A stretch of 55,101 bases of DNA. Origin: a virus. Taxonomy: Duplodnaviria; Caudoviricetes. The stretch covers positions 1 through 55,101 of IMG/VR virus record IMGVR_UViG_3300029448_000053. One strand, 5' to 3'. Under the pieces are notes generated by a model. The model did no database searches. It was given only the letters and a program-made list of their open reading frames with translations, and was not told the DNA's origin. Both the position numbers and the translations under genes were made by a program. This document shows positions 44,714-54,792 of this stretch, piece after piece. The stretch's first letter is position 1. Every line of letters starts with the position of its first letter.

Positions 44714-45659
44714 ATACAGCAAAGAGTGGTTTGAAATCCACGGCCCCGAACACGGGCACGCTAATCCATTCAAAGCGGCTAATAATAACTGGCCGGTTCG
44801 ACTATCTAAGTCGGCATTTATGACCTACTTAGGTTGCCCTCGTAAGTATTGGTGGGGTAATGTAGCCGAGATACGAGGTCCACGTAATCATTTCATGGTT
44901 CATGGGACTGCGGTTCATCGTGCTCTGGAAAATCTCTATGGTAATTGGGATGCTACTACTGAAAAGACATTCCCTACTTTGATGATGAAGGACTGGGAGG
45001 ATAAATCCACCCACGAACCGCATTTGGAGTGGGATGAGATGCAAAAACAAATCTATACTGGTTCTGTTGAGGCTCTCGCTCAACTTGAAGAGGAGAGGTT
45101 GCGTCGCTGGGGGACTGAATCATTTGCTCCCGAAGAGTTCGAGGTCAAGCACACTATCAAGGCACCGGACAATAATTTTATTCTCGTAGGTATGATTGAC
45201 GGAGTGCATAGGCACCCCGACGGTGGCCTTGTTATCACTGAATTGAAGACAGGTAAAGCAACCTCCGGCAAATTGAGTAAGACCCGTAAGGAACTATGCT
45301 ACTACCGCTACATGCTGGCCCTGTTGGGTTGGGATGAAGCAGTCTACTTCTACTACCTATTCCCCGAAGCAACCAACACTAAGTTGTTTCACGAACTTGA
45401 CGGCAAAAAGAACACCGAGGTGTGGCTTGGCGACCTTCAAGGCATGGCTGTTTTAGAGAAGGTGCAAAAGCGTTCTGTAACGGCTATGCACAGGTCTCTC
45501 GACAAGACTTTCGAGGGCATTAGCAACTCAATATGGGACATAAAATGGAACGATTACTTCTGTTCGGAGTGGTGTGAGTTCAATATGTCCTGTGAGTCTC
45601 AATTGATGGGTATTGATGAAGACCCAACGGTCTTATATAGTGCCGATGAGGAATGGTGA
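44694..45659 (+). CDS. Cas4-like PD-(D/E)xK exonuclease
   Basis: LSKS...CPRKYW, GTAVHRALE, GMIDGV, ITELKTG, C-terminal CSEWCEFNMSC (4-Cys Fe-S pattern). Confidence 0.85.
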   Translation: MHQSPSKYSKEWFEIHGPEHGHANPFKAANNNWPVRLSKSAFMTYLGCPRKYWWGNVAEIRGPRNHFMVHGTAVHRALENLYGNWDATTEKTFPTLMMKDWEDKSTHEPHLEWDEMQKQIYTGSVEALAQLEEERLRRWGTESFAPEEFEVKHTIKAPDNNFILVGMIDGVHRHPDGGLVITELKTGKATSGKLSKTRKELCYYRYMLALLGWDEAVYFYYLFPEATNTKLFHELDGKKNTEVWLGDLQGMAVLEKVQKRSVTAMHRSLDKTFEGISNSIWDIKWNDYFCSEWCEFNMSCESQLMGIDEDPTVLYSADEEW

Positions 45660-45663
45660 TAAC

Positions 45664-45816
45664 ATGGAGACTAAAATACAGTGCCCCGAATGTGGGGATA
45701 AAGACTTTGAGACTGATGCTATGATGCTTGTTACTGGGCAAATTGGCGGAGAACAGAAAATGCTTATTGTTCATACCTGTAATGGCTGTGGACATAAGTG
45801 GAGGGGTCATGTTTGA
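45664..45816 (+). CDS. TFIIS/TFS C-terminal-like Zn ribbon, 50 aa
   Basis: CPECG...HTCNGCGHKWR; own promoter TTATATAGTGCCG at 45633 and GGTGA SD. Confidence 0.6.
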   Translation: METKIQCPECGDKDFETDAMMLVTGQIGGEQKMLIVHTCNGCGHKWRGHV

Positions 45817-46850
45817 CCCTCCTCTCTTTTCCGAGAGAGATAGGTTTGAAGCGTGCGGTAATCACCAAGCAGTATCAATACAAACATTATCTCGACAAAA
45901 TGCGCTCGAAAACATCGTGCTACACCAGCCTATACTCGTTTAATAAAATGAATGACGACGGCAAACCCGATTACAGATACGCTGAAATAGATAGAGCATG
46001 GTGGGACTTTGATGCGGGAGAGCGAGGCGGAATTGAACTTGTCAAGCGGGATGTGGCTGAACTCATCCGCCGCTTGGAGGGGGACATACGTGTCGTTGCC
46101 ACCGGTAGAGGTTTTCATGTGCACCAACTCTTCAACGATTCAGTCTGTGGACCGGAGTTCCGCTTAACATTAGAACACTACCAGCGAAGAAAGGCAAAGG
46201 GACTCGTTACTCTTGATGGAGTAGGGTTCCCCGAAAAAATGACTCGTATTCCAAACACATTCAATCCTAAGCGTGGTCGCTGGTGTGTGGTTATAGACGG
46301 TAGAGAGTTCGCCAAAGACTTCGACAATTTCGTAATCCCTAAATCCCCTTCTATAATGTCGAGAACACTGCATCCTTTTGGCGAAGCAACAGATAATGGC
46401 TTTGATTTCATAAATTGGGCAAAAAATTACGCTCCCGAACAAGAAGACTACAACTTCACAGAAGGCGTCTGTCTGGACTCGGATGTGCTCACTGCTGGGT
46501 CGGTGCCTTTGATGCCCTGTTTGGCCCGTGCAGTGCACGAGAACAAGCCTAATCACCATGTGCGTGTCGCACTCGTGCAACATATGGCTGATACACTGCG
46601 AGATTTTGCCGACCCCGACGCTTTGACTAAGGAACAAAGGTTGGCAATTGAGGATGAGATTTTTGACTACATCAAAGGTCTTAACTGGTCCAACTGGAAT
46701 GCGACCAACTCAAGAAAGGGAATCAAAAGCACCATGAAATACCGCAGAGTTCCCTCATGTGCTTGGTTTGTAGCGAGAGGTATGTGTGCATCTAAATGTT
46801 GGCGTTATGATGGGACCGCCGAAGTTCCCGAATCGCCGCAGTCCTCTTAA
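45798..46850 (+). CDS. Archaeo-eukaryotic primase, PriS fused to a PriL-type C-terminal domain
   Basis: WWDFD, TGRGFHVH, RIPNT; MPCL...HHVRVALV...PSCAW...CASKC; start may be TTG 45813. Confidence 0.85.
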   Translation: MEGSCLTLLSFPREIGLKRAVITKQYQYKHYLDKMRSKTSCYTSLYSFNKMNDDGKPDYRYAEIDRAWWDFDAGERGGIELVKRDVAELIRRLEGDIRVVATGRGFHVHQLFNDSVCGPEFRLTLEHYQRRKAKGLVTLDGVGFPEKMTRIPNTFNPKRGRWCVVIDGREFAKDFDNFVIPKSPSIMSRTLHPFGEATDNGFDFINWAKNYAPEQEDYNFTEGVCLDSDVLTAGSVPLMPCLARAVHENKPNHHVRVALVQHMADTLRDFADPDALTKEQRLAIEDEIFDYIKGLNWSNWNATNSRKGIKSTMKYRRVPSCAWFVARGMCASKCWRYDGTAEVPESPQSS

Positions 46851-46874
46851 AGAGTTAGCCGCAACGCTTATACA

Positions 46875-47579
46875 ATGCTGGTAGTAGACGACCGAGAAAA
46901 CGACCTTCTAAAACATAAACTACTTGTCGCTATGGGCGAACATGTCAAGGTCAAAAGACTGATTTCAGCCGACTATATCATCGGTGAGATTGGCATAGAG
47001 GCCAAAGAGATAAATGACCTCTACCACTCAATCATGGGACATGGTAGAAGCCGCACTATTGTCGGTCAATTACATGACCTCAACGAGAACTTCGAGCGAC
47101 CTATGCTCGTAGTCTACAATACCAAGTTGAAACCGTATGTGCGTAATGGAGGGCGTGCCGCAATTGCGAGGGAGATGAAAAAAATGCACGCTGTCATCAA
47201 AAAGTTCAAACAGAACTTTGCTATTCAATTCCCCAACATTCAATACATGGAGTTATCCAGCATGGATGAGTTTGTCGACTGGCTAAACGCTATGCACCAC
47301 GGTCTAAGAATCCGTAAAATTACCACTGCTGAACCCAAAGAGATTCAAAGAAAGAGCAATCGTAATGTGGACCCAAGAGTGGCAGTTCTCTCGTCTATCG
47401 AAGGAGTGTCCGAAAGAGCGGCGCATGATTTACTCACACACTTCGGTTCTATTCCTCGAATACTACGTTCAAGAACAAGTCAGCGTATGCTTATGGAGAT
47501 TGACGGCATAGGTAGAAAGAGAGCAAAGGCTATCCTATCTCTTAGGGATAGATACCTCGACCAACCCGACCGTTCTTAG
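46875..47579 (+). CDS. ERCC4/XPF-family nuclease with HhH motifs
   Basis: VDDRE, ADYII, IEAKEINDL, LSSIEGVSERAA, IDGIGRKRA. Confidence 0.88.
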   Translation: MLVVDDRENDLLKHKLLVAMGEHVKVKRLISADYIIGEIGIEAKEINDLYHSIMGHGRSRTIVGQLHDLNENFERPMLVVYNTKLKPYVRNGGRAAIAREMKKMHAVIKKFKQNFAIQFPNIQYMELSSMDEFVDWLNAMHHGLRIRKITTAEPKEIQRKSNRNVDPRVAVLSSIEGVSERAAHDLLTHFGSIPRILRSRTSQRMLMEIDGIGRKRAKAILSLRDRYLDQPDRS

Positions 47580-48028
47580 TCAAGTCTCCACACATTATGA
47601 TGGCATATGTCCTCATACAACCATTCATCCATACACTCTTCTACATCCTCGAAGTAATTCACTTTAGTGTAGCCAAGAGAAGACACTACCGATTCAAGTT
47701 GCGGCATCTCTATACCCTGTATTGGATTAAGAATGGTAATTTTGGGGACATCTCCGAGAGTATCGTTTCTTTCACGGAGTAGATGCTTATGCAAACCTTT
47801 ACTTCTCCAAGACTTACGAACATAAGTGTTGCCAACGAAAATGCAGTGTCCTAAAGAGAGAGAAGCAGTGTGTGCCACTGCCTCATCCCCAACAGAAAGA
47901 ACCCAATACTTCATATCATCGAACAGTATAGGGTAGCCTTTTTCGGATGCTGTCAATAAGGTAGAACCCCATAACTCTTCAAGTTCGGAATGACTCTCGA
48001 TAATTTGTATTGTCATATCGTTGAGCAT
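47576..48028 (-). CDS. GNAT-family acetyltransferase
   Basis: YVRKSWRSKGLHKHLL acetyl-CoA motif A; SLGY. Confidence 0.7.
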   Translation of the reverse strand: MLNDMTIQIIESHSELEELWGSTLLTASEKGYPILFDDMKYWVLSVGDEAVAHTASLSLGHCIFVGNTYVRKSWRSKGLHKHLLRERNDTLGDVPKITILNPIQGIEMPQLESVVSSLGYTKVNYFEDVEECMDEWLYEDICHHNVWRLD

Positions 48029-48033
48029 TTAAA

Positions 48034-51000
48034 TTACTCCGAATAACTGAACGAGTTCGATTGCGATTTACCTGCTACTGAGCGGTTATCGGTAGCAATC
48101 TGTATGTTATGTAACTCGACCGAGGCGTGAGATGCGTTGTCATCACCTTGACCTGCGTTCCGCTCTACTGTTACCTTGATAGTATTGTTTGATACATTAG
48201 CACCGAGCACACTACCACTAAACAAAACGACATTACCACGTTCAATTTGTTCTACCGTTACAGTGTTGGTGTGTGTTGCACCAGTCTCTACACATTCAAC
48301 GCTCACCAGTAGAACTGCACTGCCGGAGGCGGCACCCATACTGGCTCTACCAAATACTCTAATGCTGTTCGATTGAGCGTTGGGTGGGATTCGAGCAGTA
48401 GCAGTGAAGGATGTAGGGGGCGAGACCCAATCTCCGGCACCAGCAAAGACCATACCGTCTTCACCCATGATTGCATCTCCCGATGTAGGGGAGATAAACG
48501 AGTCAATGCCGGATATACCGTTGCCATCTCTCGGAGCCGCCGCCGGTTTTGTTTGACCGAGGACTCCGAATGAACCACCGGTAACACTGTCATTGTTAAA
48601 GTCCATAGTTCCCTTGACACGATTAAGGGTAGTATTGCCTAATGCCGATGACGATAGGGTATGCACTCCGGTTATTGAAGTGCTTAGTCCGTCGGGTCGA
48701 GAGATACGATTTGGATTTGTAATTGGATTGAGTTGAGAACTGCTTGTTTGAGCAGGGCCACCGTCGCCCCAACCACCCCAGTCCTGCCATCCTCCGCCTT
48801 GAGGATTACCTGCGTTATCGCCACCTCGACCACCAGTAGTGCTACCTCCCGATGGAGGAGTCTGTGGTGCTACACTATCACCGCCGCCACCAGTATTACC
48901 TTGACCGGATGACTGAACGCCGCCTCGTGCTACCTTTGGTAGAATATATGAGGTGAAGTTCTTTGCCGCTCTCGACACATCTCTTTCAAGTCCTATTGAT
49001 AGACTCTCACTGTTTCGGCCGTCAATAGACCAATTGATATTACGAATACTTAATTTTTCACTACTCAATCCCATTTGAGCGTCAGTGTATGTCAACGTAG
49101 TTGCTGGCACGAAGTTCCAATCATCGACAATGTGGAGGCGAGGAGCATACCATTCAGCATTCTTGTTCCAGTAATCAGCCTGTCCGAACTTACGAACACC
49201 GAGAGGGAAAATACTATCGGTATTAAATCCAGCAGTGTATGTAACTCCAGCCCAATTATGTGCATTTAGATGAGTGTTGCTACCGCCGCAACGGTTGCGT
49301 AGGAGAGAGGTCAAGTAATCGTAGTTCACTGAAATAACCATTTTTTCATTACCTACTTGGTCGCTCCAATAAGTAGAAGGAATGCCTATCTCATAGAAAC
49401 CATTCGATGAAACGGTAATTGAACTACTGCTTCTTAAGGTGCCGTCAAATCCACCAGTGTTTAAGACGGCCCAATCGTAATCCAATAAGTATATTCGGAA
49501 CAAAGCGAGGTTCGGGTCTTGAAATGCGCCCCATCTGTCGTCAATATCAATTGCTATTCTCAAGTGTCCGTCGGCATTATTCTTTGTTGGGATTCCGCCG
49601 GCTGGTGTTTTCATTGTAGTCTTTGGCATGCCTTGAGGAACATGGACTACCTGCATAGCGTAGGACAGTGAATTAGCACCATACCAATAATAATTTGCCG
49701 AGTATGCGAGAGTGCCCTGCTCGTCAGTATTACTTGGAGTAGCACCATCTCGACCATCAAGTGCATTTTGAATACCACTAAACAAGTTGCCACCCCAAAG
49801 AGAAGCCCAAGCCCATGCTTTATCATCAGTATAGGACCCTGCTAAAGTGCATGTTCGGGGGATTGTTCGAGATTGGTCGGCTACATATCCGTAGCGAGCG
49901 TTGTATAGCATGGTATCGTTGAGTCCGTTGAGAGTATGACTATCGCTGAATCGAATAATCTCGGCTGTAACTGCAAATGGTGCGGCCTTGTTCTTCTCAT
50001 ACTCTTGTTTCGCTACAATCAGTGCTTCATTTTTTGATTGCACCGAATCCACATGAATGATGTCCCAACGAGGGCGAGTTCCAAGCGTAGCCGCCGGATA
50101 ATCAACGAATGATGTTCCGCCGTTGTAGAATAGGCGAACATTGGAGATTTGCCCACCGGATTCGGTATTCAAGTTGGAGACTTTTAGGTTGGTAGTGTTA
50201 AACACGAAACCGTTGCCGTATGTAGGTCGGAATGACGGCTGTGAGTCTCGACCCATGAGCCAAGACATAACCGAGCGAGTTCCGTCAGTGTGTCCTATGC
50301 CACTACCGCTTTGAGTAGAAGAGAATATGTTGGCAATAGTAGTGTTGCGGCAATCATTAACGGAGCCGAATGTATCTACCGACCCTACCTTACGCCAATA
50401 ACCTGCATTGGCTGTCGCACTTTTACCTGCGGCAGTTACTCTAAAGTTATACGGACCACTCCCCCCAACATCGGAGACAACATATCTCGTCTTGTAGTTA
50501 TCAGCCGCGAGGCTTAGTTGAGAATTGTTGACAATTTCAACAATATCACCATTAGCGAGGTTTCCGTCGAGCCGCTCCCCTGCGATATTACCGAGAACTA
50601 TTACTGTTCCGTCGCCTTGAGTGTGGCTTGAGGTTGCGATAATCGAGTTTGTTCCACCAGTCGAAGCGTCGTTTTGAGTATTAGTCATGTTGCCCATCAC
50701 AGGAATAGATGCGAGAGAAGGTATTCCGTAGAGAGATGCTTGGGTCAACCAATTCTGTGTGAGTGAGTCGAGCCATGTAACACGGAACTTGTCGCTTTCA
50801 TTGAAGGTGAGGCTCGCTTCATTCTCAATGAAGCCGTCAACCTGCATCATCAAGCGCATAGGGAATACATTAGCGAGGCCGACATGCACTGTCGCATCCT
50901 CGTAAGCATTTGTTGCGTCTTCATCAATAGGGATGTCAATAAAGGTATGTGCTGAAAACGGCGAGCCTCCGTCTTGAACTAAATACTCAGCGTCATTGAT

Positions 51001-54000
51001 ACCAGTTCCATAACCAGCACCGTTCCACTCACCAACCGCAGTAGTTCCTTCTACTGCCACCCCTAAGTCAGCCATACAATCGACTATGTATGTTGCTCCG
51101 GCACCGATAATTGTTCCTGTTCCGCCGCTTGACATTGTAGTTGAAGGGTCAATTGCGAATCTAAGTTCCCAACCGGCAGTTGTAACAGTTCCGTTGTCAG
51201 CGGTAATAGTGTATGTGCCATCTACATTAGGAGTTGTATTTGAACTTGAAATTGTAATTTGCTGTCCTGCCCTAAAGTATTTGATAATATCACTACTACC
51301 CGTTATTTTGCATATTCCTTGACCGTAGGGCGCAATAGCCATGCCTGTAACTGCGGCAGGTTGACTCGTTGCGTTGAAGTGAAATATCTTCTCTTTGCTT
51401 TGACTGGTTATAGAACCTGCTACTGCTCCACTGGAGGGAAAGTTAATAATGTCGTCAGTCAATTGTAGCAACCTGTCTCCACTTTCAAAGCCGACAAGTA
51501 GAGTAGTGCTTCGGCTGTTAAAGTGCTTGTAATTACTATTCCAATTTGCTGAATCGGCACTGTCGAGATTGTAAGGCCCAGTAGGTGCCCTCTCCCAATA
51601 GTTGTCAATGAGTATAGGAAACCCTTCTGTCTCTACGAGGTAGTCGCCAATCTCCTTTCTACCACCGGATGTTTGAAATGTGCTACCTCCGTTTGATTCA
51701 GTGTTGAGATTGAAGAACTTAGATGTATCAACAAAGAGAAATGACCCCCCTTTACCCTCCCAGTTCTTGTATCGGTTATCGTCGGAACCAGTAAATGAGT
51801 CGGGTGTAAATGAGTCGGAGTTGACGGAGGACCAAGTGTTGCCTGTGATTGGGTCTTGGGTCGCATCCATTTGCCACAGGTCCACATCAGTTCCTATCGC
51901 CAAATCAACAAACTCTTGTCTTTCGGAATCATTTGAGACCGTAGAGTCAGCGAGGACCATAGATACTGCGTAGTTCTGTGAGTATGGTGCCATCAATCCG
52001 AAGTTCTTTTTACGGAATCCTAAGTCAGCATTAGCCGAGCCATCATTCCTCATGTCAGCCCACATAACCCAAACATGCTTGTAGTCATCAAGAAGTTCCC
52101 TTATTCTAACAGTAGAGCCGCTGTCGTGGTCTCTTTGAAAGAAGTTGGTCGCTGGCGCAACTGCCGTAGTGCCGAGCATCTGTAAAGTCCCACCCGTCGC
52201 TTCGGTTGCTATGACCTGCCCCACACCGAACATAGGCGCGGCGGCGACATCACTAAGGGCAGTTGGATTTGTAGTATAGACTAATCCTGTTAAGACTGTT
52301 TGCTTAGTCGTAATGTTTGTAAAGTGAAAAAGGTCGTATTTGTATGGAGAATGTCTCGCTCCTCTTGGCTTTAGAATAAGTCGGAGACACGGAACTCCGT
52401 TTCTTGTTACGAGAGAAGTATGGCTGGTGGATGCGGCAGTAGCGGGGTATGTGGTGGAGGTATCGGCATACATAGCCTGTGGTTTCCACTCTCCGTTTAG
52501 ATTGGCATTTGAGCAACCAGTGATTGTCATTGTTTGGTCGGTCATAGTGCTTGAGTTCCATGCTGATGCGGCGATATACACTACGGGGAACCATGTGTAG
52601 GGCTGATGAGTTCCATAGGTAGTGCTGAACCCATTAACAATCCAATCTATCGCCACTATTGCAGTAGAGGTAGTAGCGGTTGCACTGTTCACTACGCCGG
52701 AGTCAATTGTTCCGTCGGCATCAATGATTTCAATACTACCGCCACTTACTAAACCGCCGCAGTAACCTACCAAGTCAATTTGAGTATCGCCAACACTGAA
52801 TGCCGACGCGAGTGTAGTCTGCACCCCACCGCTACTATCTATGCGACCAAACATGTGTTTGAACCACTGAGAGTTCTTGAAATCCAACATCCATCGAGAC
52901 TGGAGTGCTCGATACTGCGCTGATGCCGTTGCTGTTCCGTCATCACACGCGTCATCCCAATTGGCATAGGGAGTATTGGGTCCAATGAGTGTGTCTTCGC
53001 CGCCATACATTTGAATAGGATGTGCTGAACGGTTTCGCATTCGAGAGTCTTTATGTGCGAGGAACACGCCGGACCCGTCATCTACTTCATTGAATCCGAG
53101 GGTAGCATTGGATGAAACCAAACGTGATGCTCCGAAGTAGTAGGTGTTGAGGTTGTTCTGTGCTTCGCTACGGTTATATGCAACGCTCGCTGTGCTGTCA
53201 GCATCTCCCGAATCACCAAGTTCCCATGTGGGGATTTGCTGGTCGAGTGATGAGAAGTAGTCCTGTGCACTTAACTTGATTGTCGGAGTGCGCTCTACTG
53301 CTCCCATAGAATAATTGAGAGAGTTGATTGCCCCTCGCCATAGTGGTCGGTCAATGTTATCTCGGAACATTAGGAGGGACCAATCAGCATATGATGAGGC
53401 ATTGAAGAACTCAATTAGGCTCAACTGTGCGTCATCATCAATCAATGTGAGATTTAGAGTAGACACAGCGTTCACAGAGGTGTTGTATGCCATAGAGACC
53501 GCTGGAGGCATCTCTAAGCCGCTTGGATAGTCGTTAAGGGGTCTTACCAGCCCCACACGGTCAATGAGCACAGCGGCCTTCTTAGAGCAACTATGAGCCT
53601 GTATCATCCAACCATACATGTCGGCGGCTGTGAAGTTGGTTCCGTCAGCCTTTGTAGTCATGGTTTGGTTTGTTACTACGGCAGTGCCGTTTTTGTAGAG
53701 AGTGTAGCGATTATTTGTATAGTCAATTACAAAGTCGTAGTCATCCCAAAGAGAAGCAACCGTAGGTGGACTGGCATATGATGTCGAGTCGGTTTCTTGG
53801 TATGCCACAGGAGTAATCTCTAATTCTATTGCGGCGCGTGAATATCCAGTATCACCGGATGCGGCACTGGTGAACGCAGTTCCCTCGCAACCAATACTCA
53901 ATTTGAATCGGGCGGCTGAGGTATCGACAGCACATGCGTGCATACGCATAGTAAATATGTCTCCGTCGCCTTTTGAGTTAAGGCTACCGTCGAATGAGAG

Positions 54001-54771
54001 AACTGGTGCGTAACTGGCCGAGGTCATGTAGACCTCGCTTACCAAGAATGGTTTGCCAGCGGGAGATTCAATAGGGTAAAGGTATGCCTTTGGGTTACTA
54101 TTGGTGTAGGCATTGTTAAACAAAACCTCTCCCGAATACACACCTGCGAGGTGAGTTCTTACGACGGTAGTTGGTGCTGATACACCAGTAGGTATTCCAG
54201 CGATAGCGTCGAGGGTGCTTGTTGAACCGCCGTCGTAGTCGGGAGTCTTTGAAGTTGCTCTACCGTAGGAACTGTCGTTGGTCCCGATAGCGGAGTAATA
54301 ACGGCTGGCTGTGTTGTAGCCGTATGAGAATAGGAGGTATGCGTCTTTGGCATCGGCGGCTTTGTATGCTTCTCCGAGGATGCCTGTTCCGCCGTCGAAT
54401 CGCTGGCGGTTCGCATTTGTTAATGAGTCGGGATATTGCAGTTGAGCAGTTCCCTCGTATGTTCCGGCGTTGCGTCGGTTTTGGTCGTATGCCAACCACT
54501 CGTTGATACCGCCGTTATGCTTGTATTGGTCGGCTGTGGCTGTGGCGGCATTGTTGAACCTGCCGCTGGCACCGTCGCCTCGCTCACACCATGCGTAGGT
54601 GTAGCGTGTGTTTAGATTGGCCCAGCCGTTGAGCGGGTTGCCGTGATGACTCTTTGCTGAGGACCATGTAGTTCCCTGTATGTTTAGGTCATCGGGGAGT
54701 GCACGAGCACCGATGAAGTCGTCGTAATAGCCAGCCATCCAAAATGTTAATCGTCTATCCACTGTTCGCAT
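48034..54771 (-). CDS. Very large tail/baseplate virion protein, 2245 aa
   Basis: T/S/G-rich, multiple beta domains, hub-like segment (PLWRGAINSL...IKLSAQDY), Gly-rich linker; follows the tape-measure-like ORF. Confidence 0.7.
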   Translation of the reverse strand: MRTVDRRLTFWMAGYYDDFIGARALPDDLNIQGTTWSSAKSHHGNPLNGWANLNTRYTYAWCERGDGASGRFNNAATATADQYKHNGGINEWLAYDQNRRNAGTYEGTAQLQYPDSLTNANRQRFDGGTGILGEAYKAADAKDAYLLFSYGYNTASRYYSAIGTNDSSYGRATSKTPDYDGGSTSTLDAIAGIPTGVSAPTTVVRTHLAGVYSGEVLFNNAYTNSNPKAYLYPIESPAGKPFLVSEVYMTSASYAPVLSFDGSLNSKGDGDIFTMRMHACAVDTSAARFKLSIGCEGTAFTSAASGDTGYSRAAIELEITPVAYQETDSTSYASPPTVASLWDDYDFVIDYTNNRYTLYKNGTAVVTNQTMTTKADGTNFTAADMYGWMIQAHSCSKKAAVLIDRVGLVRPLNDYPSGLEMPPAVSMAYNTSVNAVSTLNLTLIDDDAQLSLIEFFNASSYADWSLLMFRDNIDRPLWRGAINSLNYSMGAVERTPTIKLSAQDYFSSLDQQIPTWELGDSGDADSTASVAYNRSEAQNNLNTYYFGASRLVSSNATLGFNEVDDGSGVFLAHKDSRMRNRSAHPIQMYGGEDTLIGPNTPYANWDDACDDGTATASAQYRALQSRWMLDFKNSQWFKHMFGRIDSSGGVQTTLASAFSVGDTQIDLVGYCGGLVSGGSIEIIDADGTIDSGVVNSATATTSTAIVAIDWIVNGFSTTYGTHQPYTWFPVVYIAASAWNSSTMTDQTMTITGCSNANLNGEWKPQAMYADTSTTYPATAASTSHTSLVTRNGVPCLRLILKPRGARHSPYKYDLFHFTNITTKQTVLTGLVYTTNPTALSDVAAAPMFGVGQVIATEATGGTLQMLGTTAVAPATNFFQRDHDSGSTVRIRELLDDYKHVWVMWADMRNDGSANADLGFRKKNFGLMAPYSQNYAVSMVLADSTVSNDSERQEFVDLAIGTDVDLWQMDATQDPITGNTWSSVNSDSFTPDSFTGSDDNRYKNWEGKGGSFLFVDTSKFFNLNTESNGGSTFQTSGGRKEIGDYLVETEGFPILIDNYWERAPTGPYNLDSADSANWNSNYKHFNSRSTTLLVGFESGDRLLQLTDDIINFPSSGAVAGSITSQSKEKIFHFNATSQPAAVTGMAIAPYGQGICKITGSSDIIKYFRAGQQITISSSNTTPNVDGTYTITADNGTVTTAGWELRFAIDPSTTMSSGGTGTIIGAGATYIVDCMADLGVAVEGTTAVGEWNGAGYGTGINDAEYLVQDGGSPFSAHTFIDIPIDEDATNAYEDATVHVGLANVFPMRLMMQVDGFIENEASLTFNESDKFRVTWLDSLTQNWLTQASLYGIPSLASIPVMGNMTNTQNDASTGGTNSIIATSSHTQGDGTVIVLGNIAGERLDGNLANGDIVEIVNNSQLSLAADNYKTRYVVSDVGGSGPYNFRVTAAGKSATANAGYWRKVGSVDTFGSVNDCRNTTIANIFSSTQSGSGIGHTDGTRSVMSWLMGRDSQPSFRPTYGNGFVFNTTNLKVSNLNTESGGQISNVRLFYNGGTSFVDYPAATLGTRPRWDIIHVDSVQSKNEALIVAKQEYEKNKAAPFAVTAEIIRFSDSHTLNGLNDTMLYNARYGYVADQSRTIPRTCTLAGSYTDDKAWAWASLWGGNLFSGIQNALDGRDGATPSNTDEQGTLAYSANYYWYGANSLSYAMQVVHVPQGMPKTTMKTPAGGIPTKNNADGHLRIAIDIDDRWGAFQDPNLALFRIYLLDYDWAVLNTGGFDGTLRSSSSITVSSNGFYEIGIPSTYWSDQVGNEKMVISVNYDYLTSLLRNRCGGSNTHLNAHNWAGVTYTAGFNTDSIFPLGVRKFGQADYWNKNAEWYAPRLHIVDDWNFVPATTLTYTDAQMGLSSEKLSIRNINWSIDGRNSESLSIGLERDVSRAAKNFTSYILPKVARGGVQSSGQGNTGGGGDSVAPQTPPSGGSTTGGRGGDNAGNPQGGGWQDWGGWGDGGPAQTSSSQLNPITNPNRISRPDGLSTSITGVHTLSSSALGNTTLNRVKGTMDFNNDSVTGGSFGVLGQTKPAAAPRDGNGISGIDSFISPTSGDAIMGEDGMVFAGAGDWVSPPTSFTATARIPPNAQSNSIRVFGRASMGAASGSAVLLVSVECVETGATHTNTVTVEQIERGNVVLFSGSVLGANVSNNTIKVTVERNAGQGDDNASHASVELHNIQIATDNRSVAGKSQSNSFSYSE

Positions 54772-54792
54772 TTACTTCACCTATTACTATTA

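Noticed and set aside
44694-45659. Cas4-like gene as a sign of a CRISPR-Cas system
   Set aside because: No cas1/cas2 and no repeat-spacer array seen; stand-alone Cas4-like nucleases are common in archaeal virus replication modules
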